From: Bacteroides sp.
GTDB lineage: Bacteria > Bacteroidota > Bacteroidia > Bacteroidales > Muribaculaceae
Reading direction: 5' to 3'
Length of the DNA stretch: 64,000 nucleotides
NCBI GenBank assembly: GCA_014803765.1
Contig: JAAVBC010000010.1
Span: 26,451-90,450, forward strand
In this document: positions 9,709 through 20,818 of the stretch, piece after piece
Layout: each line of letters begins with the position of its first letter
Position numbering within the stretch: position 1 is the first letter of the stretch
Position numbers and translations under genes: made by a program
The notes under the pieces: generated by a model
What the model saw: the letters and a program-made list of their open reading frames with translations, nothing else
Databases searched by the model: none
Told to the model about the DNA's origin: nothing

Positions 9709-11262
9709 TCAGCTTTTGGGAGTCAGGGTGACAAGGGGCACGAGCATCTCCTGGAGCGAGATTCCTCCGTGCTGGAATGTCCCCGTGTAATATTGCACGT
9801 AATAATTATAATTGTTCGGATAGGAGAAGAAATCCTCATTCATAGCGAAGATGAATGTGCTCGAAAGATTCGGAGCGGGGAGTCCGAAGCGCTTGGGGTC
9901 TTTAATTTCATAGACCTGCTTGGCATTATAGTTCAGATTCTTGCCGACTTTGTAGCGGAGATTGGTATTCGTATTCCTATCTCCGACCACCTTTATCGGA
10001 TTGTCAACACGGATTGTGCCGTGGTCGGTAGTGACGATTACCTTATAACCCAATTCGGCAAGACGCTTAAAGATCTCTATTGCCGAGGAATGGCGGAACC
10101 AGGATTCTGTCAGGGAGCGATAGGCGGCATCCGAATTTGCAAGTTCGCGAATCATCTTAGATTCAGTGCGGGCGTGGGAAAGCATATCAATGAAGTTGAG
10201 CACGAGCACCTGCAGCTTCACATCCTTGTTATGCGAGAGAGAACGGATGAATTTCTCTCCCCCCTGAGAGTCATTAATCTTCGTATAGATAAATTTGTCT
10301 TTGCGACGGAATCGATCGAGCTGAGTCTGGATAAGCTCTTTCTCATGAATATTCAACCCCTCATCCTCATCCTCCTCAACCCAGAGATTCGGAAACATTT
10401 CAGCTATCTGAAGAGGCATTAATCCGGCGAATATGGAGTTACGCGCATACTGCGTGGAGGTCGGCAGAATTGTCGTATAAAGACTCTCCTCGACATTGAA
10501 ATATTCTGAAATGAGGGGCTGCACGATTCTCCATTGGTCAAGGCGGAAATTATCTATAAGTATGAAGCAGACCTTCTCACCCTCATCGAGCAGAGGAAAG
10601 ACATTCTTGCGAAAAATCTCAGGACTCATTATCTCGCGCTCCGAGGGTTCGCTGAGTATCCAGTCTTCATAGTTTCTCTTCACGAACTTACAGAAGTTGG
10701 CATTGGCATCGCGCTTTTGCAGAAGGAGCATTTCATCCATCTGGGAATCTGATTCCACGAGTTTCAGCTCCCAATAGACGAGCTGGCGATACACTTCCTT
10801 CCAGTCCTCCATCGTAGCGGCTGAATTTATCAGCGAGGAGATATGTCCGAATTCCTGCTGATAATCGGAGGTAGCCTGACGCGCCACGAGTTCAGTGCTA
10901 TGCAGATTCTTCTTAAGCGACAGGAGAATCTGATTAGGATTGACCGGCTTAATCAGATAATCGGCAATCTGATTGCCGATAGCCTGATTCATGATATTCT
11001 CCTCCTCACTTTTTGTAATCATAATGACCGGAATCTCCGGATGCGCCTGATTTATGCGTGAGAGGGTCTCCAACCCGGAGAGTCCGGGCATATTCTCATC
11101 GAGAAGCACGAGTGAATAGGGCTTCGACTGAAGCGCATCAAGCGCATCCCGACCATTGGACACAGTGTCGACATCATATCCTTTCGCTTTCAGGAAAAGA
11201 ATGTGGGGCTTCAGCAGATCGATTTCATCATCAGCCCAGAGTATTTTAGGGTTATTCGCCAT
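9709..11262 (-). CDS. porX: T9SS response regulator PorX (receiver + PglZ/alkaline-phosphatase-like domain)
   Basis: KILWADDEIDLLKPHILFL receiver domain; LPTSTQYARNSIFAGLMP, TTDHG and FQHGGISLQEM PglZ motifs. Confidence 0.92.
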   Translation of the reverse strand: MANNPKILWADDEIDLLKPHILFLKAKGYDVDTVSNGRDALDALQSKPYSLVLLDENMPGLSGLETLSRINQAHPEIPVIMITKSEEENIMNQAIGNQIADYLIKPVNPNQILLSLKKNLHSTELVARQATSDYQQEFGHISSLINSAATMEDWKEVYRQLVYWELKLVESDSQMDEMLLLQKRDANANFCKFVKRNYEDWILSEPSEREIMSPEIFRKNVFPLLDEGEKVCFILIDNFRLDQWRIVQPLISEYFNVEESLYTTILPTSTQYARNSIFAGLMPLQIAEMFPNLWVEEDEDEGLNIHEKELIQTQLDRFRRKDKFIYTKINDSQGGEKFIRSLSHNKDVKLQVLVLNFIDMLSHARTESKMIRELANSDAAYRSLTESWFRHSSAIEIFKRLAELGYKVIVTTDHGTIRVDNPIKVVGDRNTNTNLRYKVGKNLNYNAKQVYEIKDPKRFGLPAPNLSSTFIFAMNEDFFSYPNNYNYYVQYYTGTFQHGGISLQEMLVPLVTLTPKS

Positions 11263-11283
11263 TTCTTTATGTTTTAACTATTC

Positions 11284-14200
11284 TCACTGCGCTTCTTCAA
11301 GTTCATCGATTGTCTCGAGTTCCTCTTCGATAGCTTTGTTTTCCTCCGCCTCGGAAGCCTTTTCTTCTATATCTTCTTCGGACGCATCTCCGGATTTTTC
11401 TTCATTTCCGTCATCTTCCTCATCGATTTCATCAGAGTCCTCATTTATCTCCTCCGGATCCTCATTGACCCCTTCCGGGTCTGACGGGGGAAGGAGAGTT
11501 TCCGGGTCAGGTTCTTCATCCTCGAAGCGGAAATATTCTTCAAATGAACGCCCTTCGCGCAGGAGAAGTTCAAAGTTTGCCTTTGAAATCATAATGGGGC
11601 GGACACTCTCGGGAAGTTTGAAGTCGCTTCGCGCCATGACGGAGCGATAATGCTCCAACTCCCGCATATTCTCGAATCCTTTAACAATCAGGAGTCCGAC
11701 ATTTCCGAAGCTCATCGGTTCGAGATCAAAGTCTTTCACAACGAATGAGGAGAAGTTAAACCGCGCTACGTCGTAAAGCACCTGATTCGCACTGACAGAA
11801 TCTCTCGGGAAAGCGAATACGAGATATTGAGGCTTGTTTGGATCACGCTCGAAGCGTGCGGGCTGCCCGTCGGAGCCTGTGGCATCGTCCGATCCGGCGG
11901 CAGTGAGGCGCGTATCCCATAGCATTCCGCGGGCATTCGACATTCCTGCATTCGGAATCTTTCCCTCTCTCAGATTCTTCAGAATCGAACCTGCCATCGG
12001 GGTCATATCCGTTTCAGGCCATTTGTCGAGCAGATAGGTAAGTCGCTCGCGGAATTTATCATTATCTCCCTGCGTCAGATATGCCAAAGCATCGATAAAG
12101 ACGAATTTCGGGAGTATCTGAGAAAGGGGATAATCCTTCTCCATCTCCTCCGTCAGCTTGTGCACTTCGCGGTTCTTATTATCAAGATAAGCTTGATACG
12201 CATCCTCATAGAGACTTTCCTGACGGGCGTGCATCTCGCGCAGTTTAAGGAAGTAATCAGGATCGAGCATCGCTTTGCCGTAAGGGGAGTCGGGGAAATC
12301 GGCGATTATCTGCTGACGCCATTTCTCAGCCTGGGCGGTGTCGTTGTCGCGGACAGCCATAAGATACATATTGTAATATGCATCCAGACGATAGATATTA
12401 TCGGGATAGCGCTTGTCAAGTTCATTGAATTCCCGGCGGGCGGCAGGATAGTCTTCAAGTTTGTCTTTCAGAATGACACCCATATTATAGAGACCCTCCT
12501 GAATGATATTGTTGGAGGTCTGTATTTCCGCGGGCGTAGAAGGAATCTGCTTCAGATAATATTCAGGGTTATGAGGATCGGAAGCAAGATCTTCAAGTTT
12601 CTTCTTCTCCGCAGTCGCGGTGGAGTCCATCGGTTCGCCGTTCTCTTCCGCAATGTCTTCTTCGTCATCCTCGGGGTCGTCGACAGCGTAAGTCGTCTTA
12701 TTACGTCGGCGCCAGTCATCCTCCAGGCGGCGTGCACCCCATTTACGCTGGAACTCGGTCTTTCCGGCATTTTTTGTCATGGTGTTGTAGAAATACCATG
12801 ATTTGTCGGTGTTCATCTGGAAATTGGGGGCGGCGGCATTATCGGTCAGACCCGCGTCCGGGCGATTTGCCATAAATTCCTCACGTGCGGCAGCTTCTGC
12901 CTCCTCTTTCTCCTTCTTCTTTAATTCTTCGACAAGGCGTTCCGCCACTTTCCGCTGCTCCTCGGGGGTCATCTTGGAGAGAGTCAGCAGGGAATCCTGC
13001 AATTCCACATTACCTGCATATACTCCCAATTCATCAAGCACGTCGCTGCGGCGTTTCAGAGTCGCATAGTCCGGGTAATTTTCGGGCAATTGAGGGACAG
13101 CCTGCGAATAACAAGGCTGCGCGGCGACATAATCCTGCTCGGCGAAATATATATTACCCAGCGCCAGTTGGGCAAGCGCTTTGTCGATACCGTTGCGTGT
13201 GGATTTCTCCACTGCCAACAGATAGTTTTTCTTCGCTTCCGCAGTGTCCTTGCGACTCATATATAGATTGCCGATTGCATAATAAATCTGGTCGAGGAAC
13301 TCTTTATTACGCTCATAGCGGGTCAGGGAGCGAAGCGAGCGCACCTCGGAAGCGATATTGCTCCCGGTATAGACCTCGGAGCGCTTGATGCGGGCATTGA
13401 ATTTTGTGCGATACATAGTCGATGCGCCCTTTCCCGCCTTATCATAAGCGGCGTAAGCCTCCTTGTTCTTACCAAGACGGGCATAGACCTGACCGAGGAG
13501 AAAATAAAGTCTGTTTTTCTGACTCCCCTTGGCAGACTTGGCAGCATTTTCCAGATAGGGGACAGCCTCGGCAAACTTGTCGACACGTATGAGATAATTA
13601 GCCTCCACGAGATTATACAGATTCCGAAGAGAATTAGATGTCAGCTGCTTCTCTTTTACAAGATGAAGCACATTCTCCGCCTCATAATCCCAGTCCATGG
13701 CGCAATAGGAGCGAGCCTGCCAGAGACGAGCTTCCGTGACGATCTCCGGCAACCATGTAAAGTGTTTCGAGATATAGAAGAAAGTGGAAGCCGCTCCTAA
13801 AAAGTCACCATTCTGATATTGCGCCTTTCCGAGCATCATCCATGCATTATGGAGAAAGGGATTAAATTCATCGCGGGCGCGGAATTCCTTTTCTTTTTGT
13901 GAATTATTCTTTTTTGCCGGTTTTTTCTTTATGGAATGAAGCTGAATCGCCTTCTGCATCTTTTCTATGGTGCGCTTAAAATCGCCTGAGGGCTGAGGAA
14001 GCTTATTGTCGGCGCGGGCTTCCGCCGGATGCGTCAGAAGGAGCCGGGTATAATCATCCTCGTAAGCCTGCTCCATCGCCTTCAAAGTTTCCTTATAATG
14101 CTCATCGCCGTTATAATATACATTATAGCGGGTATTGAGAGCCTGCCATTGGCGCGACATGGCGGTGTTTTTCTTCGTCGAGCACCCGAGAAGAAAAAAA

Positions 14201-14301
14201 ATCATGCAAAAGCAGACGGAGAAAAGGGGAAGAAGTCCCGAAATTCTCCGGGAACAAGCAAAAGATTTGATATTTTTAGGCGATATAAGCGATTTTCTCA
14301 T
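11284..14301 (-). CDS. porW: T9SS/gliding TPR lipoprotein PorW/SprE
   Basis: Lipobox LLGCSTKKNT, then LNTRYNVYYNG, TPRs and WYFYN...GKTEFQRKWGARRLEDDWRR, all characteristic of SprE/PorW. Acidic C-terminal tail. Start codon uncertain. Confidence 0.85.
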   Translation of the reverse strand: MRKSLISPKNIKSFACSRRISGLLPLFSVCFCMIFFLLGCSTKKNTAMSRQWQALNTRYNVYYNGDEHYKETLKAMEQAYEDDYTRLLLTHPAEARADNKLPQPSGDFKRTIEKMQKAIQLHSIKKKPAKKNNSQKEKEFRARDEFNPFLHNAWMMLGKAQYQNGDFLGAASTFFYISKHFTWLPEIVTEARLWQARSYCAMDWDYEAENVLHLVKEKQLTSNSLRNLYNLVEANYLIRVDKFAEAVPYLENAAKSAKGSQKNRLYFLLGQVYARLGKNKEAYAAYDKAGKGASTMYRTKFNARIKRSEVYTGSNIASEVRSLRSLTRYERNKEFLDQIYYAIGNLYMSRKDTAEAKKNYLLAVEKSTRNGIDKALAQLALGNIYFAEQDYVAAQPCYSQAVPQLPENYPDYATLKRRSDVLDELGVYAGNVELQDSLLTLSKMTPEEQRKVAERLVEELKKKEKEEAEAAAREEFMANRPDAGLTDNAAAPNFQMNTDKSWYFYNTMTKNAGKTEFQRKWGARRLEDDWRRRNKTTYAVDDPEDDEEDIAEENGEPMDSTATAEKKKLEDLASDPHNPEYYLKQIPSTPAEIQTSNNIIQEGLYNMGVILKDKLEDYPAARREFNELDKRYPDNIYRLDAYYNMYLMAVRDNDTAQAEKWRQQIIADFPDSPYGKAMLDPDYFLKLREMHARQESLYEDAYQAYLDNKNREVHKLTEEMEKDYPLSQILPKFVFIDALAYLTQGDNDKFRERLTYLLDKWPETDMTPMAGSILKNLREGKIPNAGMSNARGMLWDTRLTAAGSDDATGSDGQPARFERDPNKPQYLVFAFPRDSVSANQVLYDVARFNFSSFVVKDFDLEPMSFGNVGLLIVKGFENMRELEHYRSVMARSDFKLPESVRPIMISKANFELLLREGRSFEEYFRFEDEEPDPETLLPPSDPEGVNEDPEEINEDSDEIDEEDDGNEEKSGDASEEDIEEKASEAEENKAIEEELETIDELEEAQ

Positions 14302-14468
14302 GTTTGATAAACGATGAAATCAGTGATGATAGTACAAATTTAACTCTTTAAAACGGGATAGCCCAAAACTAAGCCGAAAAAAGTGAAATTTTTATCGCGC
14401 AAATCATAATTGATAATCAATACTTTGAGAAAAAAGTGAAATTTTTTCGTAATTTTTTTGCCAAAATA

Positions 14469-14500
14469 TTTGGTGGGACCAAAAAAAAGCCGTAACTTTG
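14469..14500 (+). promoter_or_regulatory. Bacteroidetes sigma-A promoter for tRNA-Asp
   Basis: TTTG at 14469-14472, a 20-nt spacer, then TAACTTTG at 14493-14500. Confidence 0.8.
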
Positions 14501-14587
14501 CAACGCAATCGGGAAACAAAACGAATCTCGAAAGCCTCCAAGAGAGAGAAATCTTAGAGATAGAATCTCTCAGGAGTCATCCAAAAT

Positions 14588-14661
14588 GGTGCGGTAGTTC
14601 AGCTGGTTAGAATACTAGCCTGTCACGCTAGGGGTCGCGGGTTCGAGTCCCGTCCGCACCG
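14588..14661 (+). tRNA. tRNA-Asp(GTC)
   Basis: GGTGCGG...CCGCACC acceptor stem, anticodon arm CTAGC-CTGTCAC-GCTAG, GTTCGAGTC T-loop. CCA is not encoded. Confidence 0.97.
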
Positions 14662-14674
14662 CCGAGGAGAGAGG

Positions 14675-14716
14675 AAGAGCAGTATGGTAAACTTCGGTTT
14701 CCTGCTGCTCTTTTTT
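14675..14716 (+). terminator. Terminator after tRNA-Asp
   Basis: AAGAGCAG...CTGCTCTTTTTT hairpin. Confidence 0.7.
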
Positions 14717-14767
14717 CGTTTATACATTTCTCTACTAACTCCTAACCCCAAACTCCTAACCCCAAAA

Positions 14768-15607
14768 ATGCGTTCGCTGATTTCCCTCGCTAAGGTCATG
14801 ATTCTTTCCCGACGCCCGTCGGCTGCCGGAAAAACTGAACCCCAACGTCCCCTTATCGTTATGGGCAATGGTCCGTCCCTGCGCTCTTTCCTCAATCAGG
14901 ATGCAAGTCTGCCGGAGGGATTCGATCTTATGGCAGTCAATTTCGCTGCTATAACACCCGAGTTTTTCCAACTACGCCCCACCCTCTACATACTTGCCGA
15001 CCCCCATTTCTTCAACGGCGAAGAGAAGGATTCAAAAGTGCGTTCTCTCTGGGAGGCTTTCCGCAATGTCAACTGGAATATGACCCTCCTGCTCCCCGCG
15101 CGCCATAAAAAGAACCTGCGCGCCAAATTAAGTACACTTCCGCGGACAGTAGATATAAAATGGTATAATCTTACACCGGTGGAGGGCGACGATGCCCTTG
15201 CACGCTTTCTGATGAATGAGGGACTCGGAATGCCGCGCCCGCGAAATGTCTTGATTCCTGCCATTATGACTGCCATACGCGCGGGATATAAGAAAATCTT
15301 CCTCGTCGGAGCCGACCACACTTGGAGTCAGTCGCTATGGGTCGATGACAAGAATCGCGTAGTGAGCGTGCAGCCCCATTTCTATAAGGATAATAAGGAG
15401 GAAGAGGAGAGAGTCGCTGCAGAATATGCCGGCTATCATCTCCACGACATACTCAATAGCCTGCGCATAGCTTTCCGAAGCTATTTCTCAATAGCTGATT
15501 TTGCCGCACATAAAGGGGTGAAAATATATAACGCCACACCCGGAAGCTTTATCGACGCTTTCCCGAGATGCGACTACGCGCAAATGAAGCAGCTGTCAGA
15601 GAAGTAA
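14768..15607 (+). CDS. Maf/GT42 (sialyltransferase-like, DUF115-like) family protein
   Basis: IVMGNGPSL, AVNF, YILADP and IFLVGADH motifs. ATG at 14768 is preferred because the ORF-track start (14684) lies inside the tRNA terminator. Confidence 0.65.
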   Translation: MRSLISLAKVMILSRRPSAAGKTEPQRPLIVMGNGPSLRSFLNQDASLPEGFDLMAVNFAAITPEFFQLRPTLYILADPHFFNGEEKDSKVRSLWEAFRNVNWNMTLLLPARHKKNLRAKLSTLPRTVDIKWYNLTPVEGDDALARFLMNEGLGMPRPRNVLIPAIMTAIRAGYKKIFLVGADHTWSQSLWVDDKNRVVSVQPHFYKDNKEEEERVAAEYAGYHLHDILNSLRIAFRSYFSIADFAAHKGVKIYNATPGSFIDAFPRCDYAQMKQLSEK

Positions 15608-16796
15608 AGAACCCTGTCAGCAATACCGCCCCTGCCACCGGCAGTATATCTCTCGCCAACAGTCTGACTGGATAATCCTGAAGAATCATGCGGGTCGCAT
15701 CTCCGGAAATCTTGATGAATCCGAAATGCTCCTGCAGAAGGCAGAGTATTATGCCGATCGCCAATCCTGAAAGAGCACCCGCGAGTGTGATGTAAAGGCT
15801 TTCCCATGCGAATATCCTCCCTATCCTTCCGGAGGTCATACCTAAAGCCCGAAAGACTTTGATTGACCTGTTCTTCTCAATGACGATCATCGTCATTGTC
15901 GAGATGATATTAAAGGAGGCTATAATCAGAATAAAGAAGAGCAGGAGAGCTGTGATCCATTTTTCGATATTTACCATCCTGAAGTTTATCTCCTGACTCT
16001 CCACACGATCTTTCACTTCATACGCGTTTCCCAACGCTTTGCGTAGCATCTCCGCGGTGTGAGCTGATTCTATCCCCGGCGCACACTTTGCTATGATGGA
16101 TGTCGCCTCCGTGTCATACTGAAAAAGCCCTCTGGCAAGCTCAAGCGGCACATAGACAGTGTTGATATCTATTTCCGATCTGCGCGATTCGAACACGGAT
16201 GTAGCCGTAATGCTATCGGTAAAAAAGGACATCGCGGGATTGGCGAGATTAATTCTCCCTTCCCGGCGCGGAGCGAAGAGGAAAATGCGGTCGTCGGATG
16301 AATAGCTTCCAAGCCTTGAAGCGACTCCCGGGGAAAGCAGACCGGAGGGAGGATCGATAGCCAATGGATCCGAATAAATCTTTTCCCCGGCAATTATCAA
16401 TGAGTCTATGCCGGTGATTTTCCTGAACGCGGAGAAGTCTATTCCCCGGAGCATCACGGGCATCTCCTGCATATTGAAAATTGCCAACGCCTGATCCTCC
16501 ACCATGGGAGTGGCTTCAGCCACTCCTCTCATTCCGCGAATGGCATTTGCCAGCGAGTCTCCGTTAAGGATTGTCTTCCCCTTTGCCGGAGTGATGATGA
16601 CATCGGGAGTGATAAGATCATCGCGCTCGGTCAGCACCTCCTTAAAGCCGTTGAAAACCGAAAGGACACAAAGAATCGCAGCCGTAGCGACAGCTACGCC
16701 TGCAATCGATATTGCCGCCACAGCCTTTATGGCGCTGTGGGGAAGTCTATGCCGGAGATATCGCCATGCGATACCTGCCGGTGTGCCTTTTGTCAT
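15549..16796 (-). CDS. LolC/E (FtsX-like) lipoprotein-releasing ABC permease
   Basis: AWRYL...GVAVATAAILCVLSVFNGF and IASFNIISTMTMIVIEK motifs. Adjacent to rbfA, as is usual in Bacteroidales. Confidence 0.85.
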   Translation of the reverse strand: MTKGTPAGIAWRYLRHRLPHSAIKAVAAISIAGVAVATAAILCVLSVFNGFKEVLTERDDLITPDVIITPAKGKTILNGDSLANAIRGMRGVAEATPMVEDQALAIFNMQEMPVMLRGIDFSAFRKITGIDSLIIAGEKIYSDPLAIDPPSGLLSPGVASRLGSYSSDDRIFLFAPRREGRINLANPAMSFFTDSITATSVFESRRSEIDINTVYVPLELARGLFQYDTEATSIIAKCAPGIESAHTAEMLRKALGNAYEVKDRVESQEINFRMVNIEKWITALLLFFILIIASFNIISTMTMIVIEKNRSIKVFRALGMTSGRIGRIFAWESLYITLAGALSGLAIGIILCLLQEHFGFIKISGDATRMILQDYPVRLLARDILPVAGAVLLTGFFTSLTAASFARSRISGKRR

Positions 16797-17128
16797 TTCT
16801 CAAGTAGACGATCGATATTGTCGATATAATCCAAAGAATCATCAAGATAAAACTGCAGATCGGGGCATTTGCGCAACACGGACTTCACTGCCTGCGCCAA
16901 TTCATAGCGCACAGTCTTCGACTGATTCTGCACATTGAATAGAATCTCCTGCGCTTTTTCGGGCGGGAAGATACTCAGATAGGCTTTTGCAATGCTGAGA
17001 TCGGGGCTGACACGCACGGTGCTGACGCTGACCAGAACGCCACCCATTGATGATGTATATCTGCGGAAAATCTCGCTAAGTTCTTTCTGAATCAATCGCG
17101 CGATTTTTGCTTGTCTTTTTCCTTCCAT
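16793..17128 (-). CDS. rbfA: Ribosome-binding factor A
   Basis: RQAKIARLIQKELSEIF, VRVSPDLSIAKAYLS and PDLQFYLDDSLDY motifs. Confidence 0.97.
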   Translation of the reverse strand: MEGKRQAKIARLIQKELSEIFRRYTSSMGGVLVSVSTVRVSPDLSIAKAYLSIFPPEKAQEILFNVQNQSKTVRYELAQAVKSVLRKCPDLQFYLDDSLDYIDNIDRLLEK

Positions 17129-17246
17129 AATTGATTGTGTTTAGTAATTTCTATCTACCTAACACTCGGGGAGAGGGGATGGTTTGCAATCCACTCTGCT
17201 TTTATCACTGCTTTTATCCCGCTTCGGGAGCCGACGACAGACACAC

Positions 17247-17876
17247 TCAGTCCGTTTTGCGGATGATCGTGATGCCGTCGCGCAGGGGAATGATGACACT
17301 TTCCAACGCCGAATCCTTCCGGACGGCATCATTGAATCTTTTGATTCCTGCTGTCTGCGCATCATTGCGGTCGGCTTCGACTACATGTCCGTCCCATAGA
17401 GTATTGTCGGCTATCAGATACCCCCCCTTGCGCAGAAGGCGTTTGGATTCATCAAGATATTCGGGATACAACCGCTTGTCGGCATCCATGAAGATAAGGT
17501 CGTAGCTGCCGGATGCCATCCCGGGCATAATCTGCATTGCATCGCCGATTATCAGATTGATTTTATCAGCGTAGTCCGAACCGGAGAAGACCTCTTTCAG
17601 AAAGTCCTCATTCTCATCGAATATCTCAATAGTATCTACGACGGCGTTCGCGGGTGCTCCTTCTGCCAGACACAGCGTTGCATAGCCTGTGAATGTGCCT
17701 AATTCAAGCACTCTCAACGGCGCTATCATCTCGGTCAGCATCTTCAGGAAGCGCCCCTGCAGATGACCAGAGCACATTCTGCCATGCACCATCCGCAGAT
17801 TCGACAATCGCTCCAGACGCCGAAGATAATCGGGTTCGCGACTGATATGAGTTTCTATGTAGTCGTAGATATCCAT
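17247..17876 (-). CDS. O-methyltransferase (Methyltransf_3/YrrM-like)
   Basis: VLELGTFTGYA, FMDADK, ADNTLW and PLRDG motifs. Confidence 0.92.
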   Translation of the reverse strand: MDIYDYIETHISREPDYLRRLERLSNLRMVHGRMCSGHLQGRFLKMLTEMIAPLRVLELGTFTGYATLCLAEGAPANAVVDTIEIFDENEDFLKEVFSGSDYADKINLIIGDAMQIMPGMASGSYDLIFMDADKRLYPEYLDESKRLLRKGGYLIADNTLWDGHVVEADRNDAQTAGIKRFNDAVRKDSALESVIIPLRDGITIIRKTD

Positions 17877-17924
17877 TACTCTGGCAGTTCCTTATTCCGG
17901 AATCATTCTCTCTCTTTTCTTCTA

Positions 17925-18377
17925 TCAGGCGAGCAGGGATTCTATGGCAAGCGCATAACCCTCCTTGCCGAGTCCGCTGATTATTCCGCGGCAGGCGGGA
18001 GCCGTGACACTCTTATGGCGGAAATCCTCACGGGCATGGATGTTGGAGAGGTGCACCTCTATCACAGGCACCGGCACCGCCGCTATGGCATCGCGAATCG
18101 CAATGCTGTAATGGGCATACGCCCCCGGGTTTATGACAATGCCCCCGGTCTGAGGATTGAAACCTGCCTCATGAATCTTGTCGATTATCTCCCCTTCGCA
18201 GTTAGATTGGAAGAAATCGAGCCAGACGCCGTCGAAAGCAGAATCCCCGTAACCTCTCACCCCCTCGAAGCGCTTCATGAGCCACGAATTTATATCTTCT
18301 AGAGTCTCGCTGCCATAAATGTCCGGCTCGCGCTTACCGAGAAGGTTGAGGTTCGGTCCGTTGATTATCGTAATCAT
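17925..18377 (-). CDS. aroQ: Type II 3-dehydroquinate dehydratase
   Basis: [27 protein letters not shown] and [11 protein letters not shown] motifs. Confidence 0.97.
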   Translation of the reverse strand: MITIINGPNLNLLGKREPDIYGSETLEDINSWLMKRFEGVRGYGDSAFDGVWLDFFQSNCEGEIIDKIHEAGFNPQTGGIVINPGAYAHYSIAIRDAIAAVPVPVIEVHLSNIHAREDFRHKSVTAPACRGIISGLGKEGYALAIESLLA

Positions 18378-19666
18378 TCTGCAATGATGAGATAGTAATT
18401 CTTCTTGCCGCGCTGAGCGATGATATATTTGCCGTTGAGCAGGAGGTCTGCGCCGACTGTCATATTCGGGTCAGTCACTTTCTCCTTGTTAAGGCTCACA
18501 CCGTTACCCTGCACCATCTTGCGCGCCTCTCCTTTTGAGGGGAACACCTGCGTAGTGCCGGCAAGGAATTCGAGCAGGGGAATTCCCGCCTCGAGATCTG
18601 CTTTGCTGATATTGAATGTCGGGACACCCTCGAATATGTCGAGAAGTGTTTTCTCATCAAGCTTCATAAGCGCTTCGCGTGCCTGATTGGAGAAAAGGAT
18701 TGAACTTGCCTCCACGGCAGCATTGTAGTTGTCCTCGCCATGAACCATGATGGTCACTTCCTTTGCAAGACGCTTCTGAAGCGGGCGTGCGCCGGGATCC
18801 TGAGCATGTTCGGCAACGAGCGCTTCAATCTCCTCTTTTGTAAGGAATGTGAAGATTTTGAGGTATTTCTCAGCATCAGCATCGCTCACATTGAGCCAGA
18901 ACTGATAGAATTTGTAGGGGGATGTATAGCGTGCATCAAGCCATACGTTGCCACTCTCGGTCTTTCCGAATTTGCCGCCGTCGGCTTTTGTGATAAGGGG
19001 GCAAGTCAGTGCGAATACTTCTCCTCCGAGCTTGCGGCGCACGAGTTCCGAACCCGTAGTGATATTACCCCATTGGTCCGAACCGCCGAGCTGCAGTTTG
19101 CAGTTCTTGTCCTGGTAGAGATGCAGGAAGTCGAAGCCTTGAAGGAGCTGATATGTGAATTCAGTGAAGCTCAAGCCGTCGCGTGCCTCGCCGTTCAGGC
19201 GCTTCTGAACTGAATCTTTTGCCATCATGTAGTTGACTGTGATATGCTTGCCGATTTCGCGGGCGAAGTCGAGGAAGCTGACATCTTTCATCCAGTCGTA
19301 GTTATTAACGAGTTCCGCCTTATTCGGAGCATCGCTTTCAAAGTCGAGGAATCGGGAAAGCTGATTCTTGATTGCTTCCTGATTGTGGCGCAGTGTCGCC
19401 TCATCAAGAAGATTGCGCTCCGCGGATTTACCGGAGGGGTCACCGATCATACCTGTCGCTCCGCCTACAAGGGCAATCGGCTTATGACCGCAACGCTGAA
19501 AATGGCGAAGCATCATTACGCCGCAAAGATGTCCGATGTGGAGTGAATCCGCTGTGGGGTCGATACCGAGATATGCTGTAGTCATCTCCTTGCGGAGCTG
19601 TTCGTCTGTGCCGGGCATCATCGTGTGGATCATGCCGCGCCAGGTAAGTTCTTCAATGAAATCCAT
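18374..19666 (-). CDS. tyrS: Tyrosyl-tRNA synthetase
   Basis: [22 protein letters not shown] and KFGKT motifs, plus a C-terminal S4 domain. Confidence 0.98.
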   Translation of the reverse strand: MDFIEELTWRGMIHTMMPGTDEQLRKEMTTAYLGIDPTADSLHIGHLCGVMMLRHFQRCGHKPIALVGGATGMIGDPSGKSAERNLLDEATLRHNQEAIKNQLSRFLDFESDAPNKAELVNNYDWMKDVSFLDFAREIGKHITVNYMMAKDSVQKRLNGEARDGLSFTEFTYQLLQGFDFLHLYQDKNCKLQLGGSDQWGNITTGSELVRRKLGGEVFALTCPLITKADGGKFGKTESGNVWLDARYTSPYKFYQFWLNVSDADAEKYLKIFTFLTKEEIEALVAEHAQDPGARPLQKRLAKEVTIMVHGEDNYNAAVEASSILFSNQAREALMKLDEKTLLDIFEGVPTFNISKADLEAGIPLLEFLAGTTQVFPSKGEARKMVQGNGVSLNKEKVTDPNMTVGADLLLNGKYIIAQRGKKNYYLIIAE

Positions 19667-19712
19667 AATATGTAGTGTAATTTTTAATTTTCGTTACTTA
19701 CTAACTTAGAAA

Positions 19713-20690
19713 TTAATAGTTGCGTCGCAAATAGGTCATCAGTATATGCCCTACGGCTCCGAGTGTCTCTTTTGAGATTCCTTCCATATTGTCGGAAGTC
19801 GTGTGCCAGCGGGAGTTAAAACCGCTCTGCGGATGATATTCGATGATATCCACTGTCGGGATACCCGCCTCTATAAGCTGAATATGATCATCTGTGACAG
19901 CCGATTCCACTCTTTCGGGAAACATTGAGGCGTAACCTTTTTCCGATGCGATGCTCCAAAGGGCGCCATTAAGCCCCGGGGCTGATTTCTCGGAGAAGTA
20001 TTCTTTGGGGAAACGGGGATTTTCACCTCCGACCATATCAAGCAGTATCGCCTCCCGGGGCGCATAACCGCTGACAGGGGGATTCTCGGCGAAATATCGC
20101 GTTCCCATCGCCCATGATTCCTCATTGCCGTCAGTGCCCCAGTCTTCAGCATCCGTAAAGAGGATATCAACCCCCTTTGAGGGAGCCTGCTCAGCCAACT
20201 GGCGGGCGATTTCGAGCAATACGCCGACGCCGCTTGCGCCGTCGTTAGCGCCATCAACGGGCATCTTGCGCTTTGCGGGATCCGGATCCTGATCAGCCCA
20301 CGGGCGGCAATCCCAATGAGCAAGGAGCAGTATTCGTTCGGACGCTTCGGGATTGAATTGCCCGAAGATATTGCGCGTCTGAAGTTTGGTGCCGTCGAAG
20401 GCAGTCAGAGTGGGAGTCTGAGAAATAACTTTCGCTCCATAACTTTCCAATTTGGATGCGAGCCATTCGCCTGCCTGCCGATGTGCCTGAGTATTTGGCA
20501 CACGCGGACCGAACTCAACCTGACGACTGACATACATATACGCAGAATCAGCGGAGAAGCTGACATTCTCAGTCGCTTCCTCGCTCACAGATTCGACACT
20601 TGAACCATCACTTGCTCCGACAGATGCCTTCGCACCACACCCGGCAAGCAATACGGCGATTCCCGCCAAAAAACACGTAATCTCTTTCAC
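19713..20690 (-). CDS. M28 family peptidase / glutaminyl cyclase-like lipoprotein
   Basis: Lipobox LAGC; AHWD, GANDGASG, DAED, LLDMVG, DDH and WHT motifs. Confidence 0.9.
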   Translation of the reverse strand: MKEITCFLAGIAVLLAGCGAKASVGASDGSSVESVSEEATENVSFSADSAYMYVSRQVEFGPRVPNTQAHRQAGEWLASKLESYGAKVISQTPTLTAFDGTKLQTRNIFGQFNPEASERILLLAHWDCRPWADQDPDPAKRKMPVDGANDGASGVGVLLEIARQLAEQAPSKGVDILFTDAEDWGTDGNEESWAMGTRYFAENPPVSGYAPREAILLDMVGGENPRFPKEYFSEKSAPGLNGALWSIASEKGYASMFPERVESAVTDDHIQLIEAGIPTVDIIEYHPQSGFNSRWHTTSDNMEGISKETLGAVGHILMTYLRRNY

Positions 20691-20818
20691 ACCACAAATT
20701 TAATCATAATCCGCCGAATTAAGAAAGCAATTCTCCAAAATTTCATAAGTAAGAGGAACGGCGGGAAATTTTCCCGGTCTTCTATTCGGCGTTTCGCTTT
20801 TGAATAGTACGTCAGAAC

